Position numbers and translations under genes: made by a program. A DNA stretch of 64,000 nt from Trypanosoma brucei (Eukaryota), in contig CP000071.1 in assembly GCA_000002445.1 (NCBI GenBank), positions 512,001-576,000 of the forward strand, read 5' to 3'. The notes beneath the pieces are model-generated. The model searched no databases. It saw only the letters and a list, made by a program, of their open reading frames with translations, and was not told the DNA's origin. Positions 21,361-31,720 of this stretch are shown one piece after another (the stretch's first letter is position 1; every line of letters begins with the position of its first letter).

Positions 21361-24300
21361 TGTCAATTCTATTCGGTTACTGATGCAGTAAATTATACCA
21401 CTCTCTTTCTGCAGCGAATACGTGCTATCTCTCTGTTCAATTAACCTTCTTTTTTCCTTGCTCTTCCCTCTGCAACAGTGAGGCTCGCAGATGTTTATGT
21501 TCCTTTGAACCCTTGTGAGACTGTTGGGTCCCTTGATGATTGTGGCAACTCTCCACGGAACTTATCTGACAAAATTTGCCTACGAACCTATTACCAAGGC
21601 TGAGGTCTCTACAGTACCCTTGCTTTAAGCTCTGTGTGTGATGTATATACGACTATGAACAACTCGTCAGAGTGCTATCTTTGATGATCACATACATTTT
21701 GCTTCCTCACTGACAACATACCTGCATTTGCAATCACTCCTGTAAACATACATTTTTTGGCTCCTCTTTCTATTTCTTGAAACTCTATGCTCGATTGCTC
21801 GGCGACTCCACGGTGATGTTCAATACAATAACTGATGTAATGAGACCTAGTGGAATACTGCGGACACTTCTTGTTCTGAGCGAGTTTCGTCGATGAGGCA
21901 CAACATGATCTTTGACTACACATGATGAGCAGCAAAGAAAGGGAATCTCTTGTCGAGCTCAGGGAATGAATCCCAGTGGCGGTGACATGACAAACTTTGA
22001 TATTACTATAATCCATTCTATTCTGTTACTGATGCAGTAAATTATACCACCCTCTTTCTGCAGCGAATACGTGCTATCTCTCTGTTCAATTAACCTTCTT
22101 TTTTCCTTGCTCTTCCCTCTGCAACAGTGAGGCTCGCAGATGTTTATGTTCCTTTGAACCCTTGTGAGACTGTTGGGTCCCTTGATGATTGTGGCAACTC
22201 TCCACGGAACTTATCTGACAAAATTTGCCTACGAACCTATTACCAAGGCTGAGGTCTCTACAGTACCCTTGCTTTAAGCTCTGTGTGTGATGTATATACG
22301 ACTATGAACAACTCGTCAGAGTGCTATCTTTGATGATCACATACATTTTGCTTCCTCACTGACAACATACCTGCATTTGCAATCACTCCTGTAAACATAC
22401 ATTTTTTGGCTCCTCTTTCTATTTCTTGAAACTCTATGCTCGATTGCTCGGCGACTCCACGGTGATGTTCAATACAATAACTGATGTAATGAGACCTAGT
22501 GGAATACTGCGGACACTTCTTGTTCTGAGCGAGTTTCGTCGATGAGGCACAACATGATCTTTGACTACACATGATGAGCAGCAAAGAAAGGGAATCTCTT
22601 GTCGAGCTCAGGGAATGAATCCCAGTGGCGGTGACATGACAAACTTTGATATTACTATAATCCATTCTATTCTGTTACTGATGCGGTAAATTATACCACC
22701 CTCTTTCTGCAGCGAATACGTGCTATCTCTCTGTTCAATTAACCTTCTTTTTTCCTTGCTCTTCCCTCTGCAACAGTGAGGCTCGCAGATGTTTATGTTC
22801 CTTTGAACCCTTGTGAGACTGTTGGGTCCCTTGATGATTGTGGCAACTCTCCACGGAACTTATCTGACAAAATTTGCCTACGAACCTATTACCAAGGCTG
22901 AGGTCTCTACAGTACCCTTGCTTTAAGCTCTGTGTGTGATGTATATACGACTATGAACAACTCGTCAGAGTGCTATCTTTGATGATCACATACATTTTGC
23001 TTCCTCACTGACAACATACCTGCATTTGCAATCACTCCTGTAAACATACATTTTTTGGCTCCTCTTTCTATTTCTTGAAACTCTATGCTCGATTGCTCGG
23101 CGACTCCACGGTGATGTTCAATACAATAACTGATGTAATGAGACCTAGTGGAATACTGCGGACACTTCTTGTTCTGAGCGAGTTTCGTCGATGAGGCACA
23201 ACATGATCTTTGACTACACATGATGAGCAGCAAAGAAAGGGAATCTCTTGTCGAGCTCAGGGAATGAATCCCAGTGGCGGTGACATGACAAACTTTGATA
23301 TTACTATAATCCATTCTATTCTGTTACTGATGCAGTAAATTATACCACCCTCTTTCTGCAGCGAATACGTGCTATCTCTCTGTTCAATTAACCTTCTTTT
23401 TTCCTTGCTCTTCCCTCTGCAACAGTGAGGCTCGCAGATGTTTATGTTCCTTTGAACCCTTGTGAGACTGTTGGGTCCCTTGATGATTGTGGCAACTCTC
23501 CACGGAACTTATCTGACAAAATTTGCCTACGAACCTATTACCAAGGCTGAGGTCTCTACAGTACCCTTGCTTTAAGCTCTGTGTGTGATGTATATACGAC
23601 TATGAACAACTCGTCAGAGTGCTATCTTTGATGATCACATACATTTTGCTTCCTCACTGACAACATACCTGCATTTGCAATCACTCCTGTAAACATACAT
23701 TTTTTGGCTCCTCTTTCTATTTCTTGAAACTCTATGCTCGATTGCTCGGCGACTCCACGGTGATGTTCAATACAATAACTGATGTAATGAGACCTAGTGG
23801 AATACTGCGGACACTTCTTGTTCTGAGCGAGTTTCGTCGATGAGGCACAACATGATCTTTGACTACACATGATGAGCAGCAAAGAAAGGGAATCTCTTGT
23901 CGAGCTCAGGGAATGAATCCCAGTGGCGGTGACATGACAAACTTTGATATTACTATAATCCATTCTATTCTGTTACTGATGCGGTAAATTATACCACCCT
24001 CTTTCTGCAGCGAATACGTGCTATCTCTCTGTTCAATTAACCTTCTTTTTTCCTTGCTCTTCCCTCTGCAACAGTGAGGCTCGCAGATGTTTATGTTCCT
24101 TTGAACCCTTGTGAGACTGTTGGGTCCCTTGATGATTGTGGCAACTCTCCACGGAACTTATCTGACAAAATTTGCCTACGAACCTATTACCAAGGCTGAG
24201 GTCTCTACAGTACCCTTGCTTTAAGCTCTGTGTGTGATGTATATACGACTATGAACAACTCGTCAGAGTGCTATCTTTGATGATCACATACATTTTGCTT

Positions 24301-25085
24301 CCTCACTGACAACATACCTGCATTTGCAATCACTCCTGTAAACATACATTTTTTGGCTCCTCTTTCTATTTCTTGAAACTCTATGCTCGATTGCTCGGCG
24401 ACTCCACGGTGATGTTCAATACAATAACTGATGTAATGAGACCTAGTGGAATACTGCGGACACTTCTTGTTCTGAGCGAGTTTCGTCGATGAGGCACAAC
24501 ATGATCTTTGACTACACATGATGAGCAGCAAAGAAAGGGAATCTCTTGTCGAGCTCAGGGAATGAATCCCAGTGGCGGTGACATGACAAACTTTGATATT
24601 ACTATAATCCATTCTATTCTGTTACTGATGCAGTAAATTATACCACCCTCTTTCTGCAGCGAATACGTGCTATCTCTCTGTTCAATTAACCTTCTTTTTT
24701 CCTTGTTCTTCCCTCTGCAACAGTGAGGCTCGCAGATGTTTATGTTCCTTTGAACCCTTGTGAGACTGTTGGGTCCCTTGATGATTGTGGCAACTCTCCA
24801 CGGAACTTATCTGACAAAATTTGCCTACGAACCTATTACCAAGGCTGAGGTCTCTACAGTACCCTTGCTTTAAGCTCTGTGTGTGATGTATATACGACTA
24901 TGAACAACTCGTCAGAGTGCTATCTTTGATGATCACATACATTTTGCTTCCTCACTGACAACATACCTGCATTTGCAATCACTCCTGTAAGCATACATTT
25001 TTTGGCTCCTCTTTCTATTTCTTGAAACTCTATGCTCGATTGCTCGGCGACTCCACGGTGATGTTCAATACAATAACTGATGTAA
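21361..25085. repeat. 649-bp tandem repeat, ~5.7 nearly identical copies, between LysRS and the first MSP-B gene.
   Basis: Identical 113-aa minus-strand ORFs recur at 21675, 22324, 22973, 23622 and 24271 (period 649). Unit starts tccattctattcggttactgatgcagtaaatt... The last, partial unit fuses at ~25086 (…caataactgatgtaa|cattattgttttctctcttcccc) into the MSP-B 5' flank. Contains UGAUGA and CUGA box-like motifs. Confidence 0.9.
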
Positions 25086-25141
25086 CATTATTGTTTTCTC
25101 TCTTCCCCTTGTTCCTCCCATGTGTCAAAAGGAAGCGGTTG

Positions 25142-26806
25142 ATGATGCTACCGGCGTGTGTAATCCCGATGCATGGCGCATTGAAACTCGCCATACTGCT
25201 GATGTTGGTATGGTGCTGTTCCTTGTGTCTCGCGAAGTCAGGTGGCCGCTGCATGTTCGATGAAATTGCGGCGAAAGCTGGACGTCCACGGGTTTTGGCG
25301 CTGCGAAGGACTAAAGCAGGCATGGAGAATGTAAAGTATGACAGGACAGGTTCCGTTGACCCTGAGTGGCAGCACATCCGTATTGTTGTTTTCGCAGAAG
25401 ACATGAAGGACCGGTCGCGATATTGCACGTCTGCAGGGCAGGAACGACCAACGTTTTTCGGAGAAACAGCGACATGTTCACAAGAAGACATTTTGACAGC
25501 CGCTAAGAGAGATATTGCCGTCACGAAGCTTCTTCCTTCAGCTGTCCAGATGCATATGGATAGGTTACTCGTCGACCCTATAACTGAACCCCTTGTCTTT
25601 CCTCCATTTGATGGTTCGGTGTGCTCTGAGTTCAAAGTACCGTCAAGTCATTTCTCAGAGGGCGTACCTGACGCTGATATGGTAATGTATGCTGCAGCGG
25701 GTCCAACGCCGGAGGGTGTGGCTGCCTGGGCTACGGGTTGCATAACTCTTGACGATGGGCGTGCTGTGGCTGGCGTAACTAACCTTGGCCCCGGTTCCAT
25801 TAGCCTGTCGGAGACCAGCATTCGCACAGCTGCTCATGAGATTGCCCACGCCCTTGGGTTCGATTTCGAAGCGATGAACGATGCCGGTATGGTGCAAAGA
25901 ATTCCCGGTGTTCGTGGAAAGGTTGATGTGACACTCATTTCGTCACCCAGGACACTGCAGAAGGCCCGCGAACACTACAATTGTCCCGATGCCCCTGGAA
26001 TGGAACTGGAGGACGAAGGTGGTAGTGGCACCGCATTATCACACTGGGAGCGGCGCAATGCGAAGGATGAGATCATGTCTGGTATTTCTTCACCTGGTCG
26101 ATACACAGCGCTAACGATGGCGGCGTTTGAGGATCTGGGATATTACCGTGGTGCCTGGGGGAGCGAAGAACCTATGGGTTGGGGAAACAACTCTGGTTGT
26201 GAGCTACTCAACGAAAGCTGTTTGGTGAACGGTGTGACAGCGCACCCGGATATGTTCTGCAACGAAACCGTGAGCAAGCTGGTTTGTAACTCGGAGCGAG
26301 ATGGTCTTGGAAGGTGTAATGTAATTAAGCATGAAAATCCACTTCCACCGCAATACCATTACTTTTCTGATCCTTCACGTGGTGCCCCCTCCCATCTCTT
26401 GATGGACTACTGCCCGTCCATTGACGCGTTCTCCAACACGCCTTGTGCCGACGGCGAAACGAAATTCATGCGTGGAAGTTTGATAGGACCGTCGTCAATG
26501 TGTCTGAAGGCCGAGGGACTCCGTGACAGTCAGGGCGTCATTGGCGATGTTTGTGCGGATGTGCGGTGTGATGGTGGTGAAGTAAGCATTCGTTATCTTG
26601 GGGATGATGCATGGCATCCGTGCCCAGAAGGCAGTCACATCAAACCGACTACAACATTCACGGATGGCGTCATTGTTTGCCCGACTTACAGTGAGGTTTG
26701 TATCAAAGCAACAGTGGTTGTACGCCCTTCTTCAGCCAGCTACCGTTCTTCAGTGCCGCAATCGCTGCTTCTCACCCTATTCGCTATAGTTTATGCTGCC
26801 TGTTAA
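25142..26806 (+). CDS. MSP-B: GP63/leishmanolysin-family zinc metalloprotease (major surface protease, MSP-B-like), copy 1, 554 aa.
   Basis: HEIAHALGF zinc-binding HExxH, a downstream third His (ALSHWERRN), many conserved Cys, an N-terminal signal peptide (MMLPACVIPMHGALKLAILLMLVWCCSLCLA) and a C-terminal hydrophobic GPI-type tail (LLLTLFAIVYAAC). The ORF-track ORF starts at 25022 inside the 649-bp repeat; first Met of the conserved protein is at 25142 (ATG verified). Confidence 0.9.
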   Translation: MMLPACVIPMHGALKLAILLMLVWCCSLCLAKSGGRCMFDEIAAKAGRPRVLALRRTKAGMENVKYDRTGSVDPEWQHIRIVVFAEDMKDRSRYCTSAGQERPTFFGETATCSQEDILTAAKRDIAVTKLLPSAVQMHMDRLLVDPITEPLVFPPFDGSVCSEFKVPSSHFSEGVPDADMVMYAAAGPTPEGVAAWATGCITLDDGRAVAGVTNLGPGSISLSETSIRTAAHEIAHALGFDFEAMNDAGMVQRIPGVRGKVDVTLISSPRTLQKAREHYNCPDAPGMELEDEGGSGTALSHWERRNAKDEIMSGISSPGRYTALTMAAFEDLGYYRGAWGSEEPMGWGNNSGCELLNESCLVNGVTAHPDMFCNETVSKLVCNSERDGLGRCNVIKHENPLPPQYHYFSDPSRGAPSHLLMDYCPSIDAFSNTPCADGETKFMRGSLIGPSSMCLKAEGLRDSQGVIGDVCADVRCDGGEVSIRYLGDDAWHPCPEGSHIKPTTTFTDGVIVCPTYSEVCIKATVVVRPSSASYRSSVPQSLLLTLFAIVYAAC

Positions 26807-27289
26807 ATGGCGTGACTATAGGTGTGGGGTTAAGCATCCGTTACTGTCCTTGGATGTTGCGTCAGAAATGGTTACTACATGCGATACGCAGGTTTTCCTT
26901 TTATACGAGTATTTTCCATTACCACTTTGCAAGGTTGTTGTATTCCTTTCTTTTGTCTTTGTACACGTTTTTTTTAAATACTTTGTTTATTATACGCACA
27001 GAACCCTATGACTCCAGAGGTTGTATGGGGAGAATGTGTGTGCGAGCGTTATCGTCTGTTATTTCTTAGTCCAGTTGTCTGCGTTCTCACGGCAGAATCG
27101 TGGCAGCAGCGGGCACCTAAACGATTTTAGGCCGCCACGTCGCGGTTTTCTGTATTGTTTTGTTGATTTCCTATTTAGAAACTCCCTGTAGATAATGTTT
27201 ACCTTTTTTTTTCCATTGTCCTCTTATCTACCTATATGTTAACAACACACTTCCGTTGTTGCATTTCACCACGGGTTTCGGGCGCTTAT

Positions 27290-27326
27290 TCTCTCTTCCC
27301 CTTGTTCCTCCCATGTATCAAAAGGA
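27290..27326 (+). promoter_or_regulatory. Polypyrimidine tract plus AG about 10 nt upstream of the MSP-B ATG: candidate trans-splice acceptor. Repeated in every array unit (27290, 29483, 31676).
   Basis: ttattctctcttccccttgttcctccc ... aaAGgaAGcgg ttg ATG ATG. A second polyY sits at 27200-27235. Confidence 0.35.
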
Positions 27327-27334
27327 AGCGGTTG

Positions 27335-28999
27335 ATGATGCTACCGGCGTGTGTAATCCCGATGCATGGCGCATTGAAACTCGCCATACTGCTGATGTTG
27401 GTATGGTGCTGTTCCTTGTGTCTCGCGAAGTCAGGTGGCCGCTGCATGTTCGATGAAATTGCGGCGAAAGCTGGACGTCCACGGGTTTTGGCGCTGCGAA
27501 GGACTAAAGCAGGCATGGAGAATGTAAAGTATGACAGGACAGGTTCCGTTGACCCTGAGTGGCAGCACATCCGTATTGTTGTTTTCGCAGAAGACATGAA
27601 GGACCGGTCGCGATATTGCACGTCTGCAGGGCAGGAACGACCAACGTTTTTCGGAGAAACAGCGACATGTTCACAAGAAGACATTTTGACAGCCGCTAAG
27701 AGAGATATTGCCGTCACGAAGCTTCTTCCTTCAGCTGTCCAGATGCATATGGATAGGTTACTCGTCGACCCTATAACTGAACCCCTTGTCTTTCCTCCAT
27801 TTGATGGTTCGGTGTGCTCTGAGTTCAAAGTACCGTCAAGTCATTTCTCAGAGGGCGTACCTGACGCTGATATGGTAATGTATGCTGCAGCGGGTCCAAC
27901 GCCGGAGGGTGTGGCTGCCTGGGCTACGGGTTGCATAACTCTTGACGATGGGCGTGCTGTGGCTGGCGTAACTAACCTTGGCCCCGGTTCCATTAGCCTG
28001 TCGGAGACCAGCATTCGCACAGCTGCTCATGAGATTGCCCACGCCCTTGGGTTCGATTTCGAAGCGATGAACGATGCCGGTATGGTGCAAAGAATTCCCG
28101 GTGTTCGTGGAAAGGTTGATGTGACACTCATTTCGTCACCCAGGACACTGCAGAAGGCCCGCGAACACTACAATTGTCCCGATGCCCCTGGAATGGAACT
28201 GGAGGACGAAGGTGGTAGTGGCACCGCATTATCACACTGGGAGCGGCGCAATGCGAAGGATGAGATCATGTCTGGTATTTCTTCACCTGGTCGATACACA
28301 GCGCTAACGATGGCGGCGTTTGAGGATCTGGGATATTACCGTGGTGCCTGGGGGAGCGAAGAACCTATGGGTTGGGGAAACAACTCTGGTTGTGAGCTAC
28401 TCAACGAAAGCTGTTTGGTGAACGGTGTGACAGCGCACCCGGATATGTTCTGCAACGAAACCGTGAGCAAGCTGGTTTGTAACTCGGAGCGAGATGGTCT
28501 TGGAAGGTGTAATGTAATTAAGCATGAAAATCCACTTCCACCGCAATACCATTACTTTTCAGATCCTTCACGTGGTGCCCCCTCCCATCTCTTGATGGAC
28601 TACTGCCCGTCCATTGACGCGTTCTCCAACACGCCTTGTGCCGACGGCGAAACGAAATTCATGCGTGGAAGTTTGATAGGACCGTCGTCAATGTGTCTGA
28701 AGGCCGAGGGACTCCGTGACAGTCAGGGCGTCATTGGCGATGTTTGTGCGGATGTGCGGTGTGATGGTGGTGAAGTAAGCATTCGTTATCTTGGGGATGA
28801 TGCATGGCATCCGTGCCCAGAAGGCAGTCACATCAAACCGACTACAACATTCACGGATGGCGTCATTGTTTGCCCGACTTACAGTGAGGTTTGTATCAAA
28901 GCAACAGTGGTTGTACGCCCTTCTTCAGCCAGCTACCGTTCTTCAGTGCCGCAATCGCTGCTTCTCACCCTATTCGCTATAGTTTATGCTGCCTGTTAA
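27335..28999 (+). CDS. MSP-B: GP63/MSP-B-like zinc metalloprotease, copy 2, 554 aa.
   Basis: Protein identical to copy 1 from the signal peptide onward. One silent tct/tca difference (YHYFSDP). Confidence 0.9.
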   Translation: MMLPACVIPMHGALKLAILLMLVWCCSLCLAKSGGRCMFDEIAAKAGRPRVLALRRTKAGMENVKYDRTGSVDPEWQHIRIVVFAEDMKDRSRYCTSAGQERPTFFGETATCSQEDILTAAKRDIAVTKLLPSAVQMHMDRLLVDPITEPLVFPPFDGSVCSEFKVPSSHFSEGVPDADMVMYAAAGPTPEGVAAWATGCITLDDGRAVAGVTNLGPGSISLSETSIRTAAHEIAHALGFDFEAMNDAGMVQRIPGVRGKVDVTLISSPRTLQKAREHYNCPDAPGMELEDEGGSGTALSHWERRNAKDEIMSGISSPGRYTALTMAAFEDLGYYRGAWGSEEPMGWGNNSGCELLNESCLVNGVTAHPDMFCNETVSKLVCNSERDGLGRCNVIKHENPLPPQYHYFSDPSRGAPSHLLMDYCPSIDAFSNTPCADGETKFMRGSLIGPSSMCLKAEGLRDSQGVIGDVCADVRCDGGEVSIRYLGDDAWHPCPEGSHIKPTTTFTDGVIVCPTYSEVCIKATVVVRPSSASYRSSVPQSLLLTLFAIVYAAC

Positions 29000-29527
29000 A
29001 TGGCGTGACTATAGGTGTGGGGTTAAGCATCCGTTACTGTCCTTGGATGTTGCGTCAGAAATGGTTACTACATGCGATACGCAGGTTTTCCTTTTATACG
29101 AGTATTTTCCATTACCACTTTGCAAGGTTGTTGTATTCCTTTCTTTTGTCTTTGTACACGTTTTTTTTAAATACTTTGTTTATTATACGCACAGAACCCT
29201 ATGACTCCAGAGGTTGTATGGGGAGAATGTGTGTGCGAGCGTTATCGTCTGTTATTTCTTAGTCCAGTTGTCTGCGTTCTCACGGCAGAATCGTGGCAGC
29301 AGCGGGCACCTAAACGATTTTAGGCCGCCACGTCGCGGTTTTCTGTATTGTTTTGTTGATTTCCTATTTAGAAACTCCCTGTAGATAATGTTTACCTTTT
29401 TTTTTCCATTGTCCTCTTATCTACCTATATGTTAACAACACACTTCCGTTGTTGCATTTCACCACGGGTTTCGGGCGCTTATTCTCTCTTCCCCTTGTTC
29501 CTCCCATGTATCAAAAGGAAGCGGTTG

Positions 29528-31192
29528 ATGATGCTACCGGCGTGTGTAATCCCGATGCATGGCGCATTGAAACTCGCCATACTGCTGATGTTGGTATGGT
29601 GCTGTTCCTTGTGTCTCGCGAAGTCAGGTGGCCGCTGCATGTTCGATGAAATTGCGGCGAAAGCTGGACGTCCACGGGTTTTGGCGCTGCGAAGGACTAA
29701 AGCAGGCATGGAGAATGTAAAGTATGACAGGACAGGTTCCGTTGACCCTGAGTGGCAGCACATCCGTATTGTTGTTTTCGCAGAAGACATGAAGGACCGG
29801 TCGCGATATTGCACGTCTGCAGGGCAGGAACGACCAACGTTTTTCGGAGAAACAGCGACATGTTCACAAGAAGACATTTTGACAGCCGCTAAGAGAGATA
29901 TTGCCGTCACGAAGCTTCTTCCTTCAGCTGTCCAGATGCATATGGATAGGTTACTCGTCGACCCTATAACTGAACCCCTTGTCTTTCCTCCATTTGATGG
30001 TTCGGTGTGCTCTGAGTTCAAAGTACCGTCAAGTCATTTCTCAGAGGGCGTACCTGACGCTGATATGGTAATGTATGCTGCAGCGGGTCCAACGCCGGAG
30101 GGTGTGGCTGCCTGGGCTACGGGTTGCATAACTCTTGACGATGGGCGTGCTGTGGCTGGCGTAACTAACCTTGGCCCCGGTTCCATTAGCCTGTCGGAGA
30201 CCAGCATTCGCACAGCTGCTCATGAGATTGCCCACGCCCTTGGGTTCGATTTCGAAGCGATGAACGATGCCGGTATGGTGCAAAGAATTCCCGGTGTTCG
30301 TGGAAAGGTTGATGTGACACTCATTTCGTCACCCAGGACACTGCAGAAGGCCCGCGAACACTACAATTGTCCCGATGCCCCTGGAATGGAACTGGAGGAC
30401 GAAGGTGGTAGTGGCACCGCATTATCACACTGGGAGCGGCGCAATGCGAAGGATGAGATCATGTCTGGTATTTCTTCACCTGGTCGATACACAGCGCTAA
30501 CGATGGCGGCGTTTGAGGATCTGGGATATTACCGTGGTGCCTGGGGGAGCGAAGAACCTATGGGTTGGGGAAACAACTCTGGTTGTGAGCTACTCAACGA
30601 AAGCTGTTTGGTGAACGGTGTGACAGCGCACCCGGATATGTTCTGCAACGAAACCGTGAGCAAGCTGGTTTGTAACTCGGAGCGAGATGGTCTTGGAAGG
30701 TGTAATGTAATTAAGCATGAAAATCCACTTCCACCGCAATACCATTACTTTTCAGATCCTTCACGTGGTGCCCCCTCCCATCTCTTGATGGACTACTGCC
30801 CGTCCATTGACGCGTTCTCCAACACGCCTTGTGCCGACGGCGAAACGAAATTCATGCGTGGAAGTTTGATAGGACCGTCGTCAATGTGTCTGAAGGCCGA
30901 GGGACTCCGTGACAGTCAGGGCGTCATTGGCGATGTTTGTGCGGATGTGCGGTGTGATGGTGGTGAAGTAAGCATTCGTTATCTTGGGGATGATGCATGG
31001 CATCCGTGCCCAGAAGGCAGTCACATCAAACCGACTACAACATTCACGGATGGCGTCATTGTTTGCCCGACTTACAGTGAGGTTTGTATCAAAGCAACAG
31101 TGGTTGTACGCCCTTCTTCAGCCAGCTACCGTTCTTCAGTGCCGCAATCGCTGCTTCTCACCCTATTCGCTATAGTTTATGCTGCCTGTTAA
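29528..31192 (+). CDS. MSP-B: GP63/MSP-B-like zinc metalloprotease, copy 3, 554 aa.
   Basis: Identical to copy 2 at the protein level. Confidence 0.9.
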   Translation: MMLPACVIPMHGALKLAILLMLVWCCSLCLAKSGGRCMFDEIAAKAGRPRVLALRRTKAGMENVKYDRTGSVDPEWQHIRIVVFAEDMKDRSRYCTSAGQERPTFFGETATCSQEDILTAAKRDIAVTKLLPSAVQMHMDRLLVDPITEPLVFPPFDGSVCSEFKVPSSHFSEGVPDADMVMYAAAGPTPEGVAAWATGCITLDDGRAVAGVTNLGPGSISLSETSIRTAAHEIAHALGFDFEAMNDAGMVQRIPGVRGKVDVTLISSPRTLQKAREHYNCPDAPGMELEDEGGSGTALSHWERRNAKDEIMSGISSPGRYTALTMAAFEDLGYYRGAWGSEEPMGWGNNSGCELLNESCLVNGVTAHPDMFCNETVSKLVCNSERDGLGRCNVIKHENPLPPQYHYFSDPSRGAPSHLLMDYCPSIDAFSNTPCADGETKFMRGSLIGPSSMCLKAEGLRDSQGVIGDVCADVRCDGGEVSIRYLGDDAWHPCPEGSHIKPTTTFTDGVIVCPTYSEVCIKATVVVRPSSASYRSSVPQSLLLTLFAIVYAAC

Positions 31193-31720
31193 ATGGCGTG
31201 ACTATAGGTGTGGGGTTAAGCATCCGTTACTGTCCTTGGATGTTGCGTCAGAAATGGTTACTACATGCGATACGCAGGTTTTCCTTTTATACGAGTATTT
31301 TCCATTACCACTTTGCAAGGTTGTTGTATTCCTTTCTTTTGTCTTTGTACACGTTTTTTTTAAATACTTTGTTTATTATACGCACAGAACCCTATGACTC
31401 CAGAGGTTGTATGGGGAGAATGTGTGTGCGAGCGTTATCGTCTGTTATTTCTTAGTCCAGTTGTCTGCGTTCTCACGGCAGAATCGTGGCAGCAGCGGGC
31501 ACCTAAACGATTTTAGGCCGCCACGTCGCGGTTTTCTGTATTGTTTTGTTGATTTCCTATTTAGAAACTCCCTGTAGATAATGTTTACCTTTTTTTTTCC
31601 ATTGTCCTCTTATCTACCTATATGTTAACAACACACTTCCGTTGTTGCATTTCACCACGGGTTTCGGGCGCTTATTCTCTCTTCCCCTTGTTCCTCCCAT
31701 GTATCAAAAGGAAGCGGTTG

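Noticed and set aside
21675..24612. Five identical 113-aa minus-strand ORFs (MDYSNIKVCHVTATGIHSL…), one per 649-bp repeat unit.
   Set aside because: Identical copies of any sequence preserve any chance ORF. They are antisense to the plus-strand gene array, have no protein-like features, and there is no evidence of selection. Treated as an artefact of the repeat.
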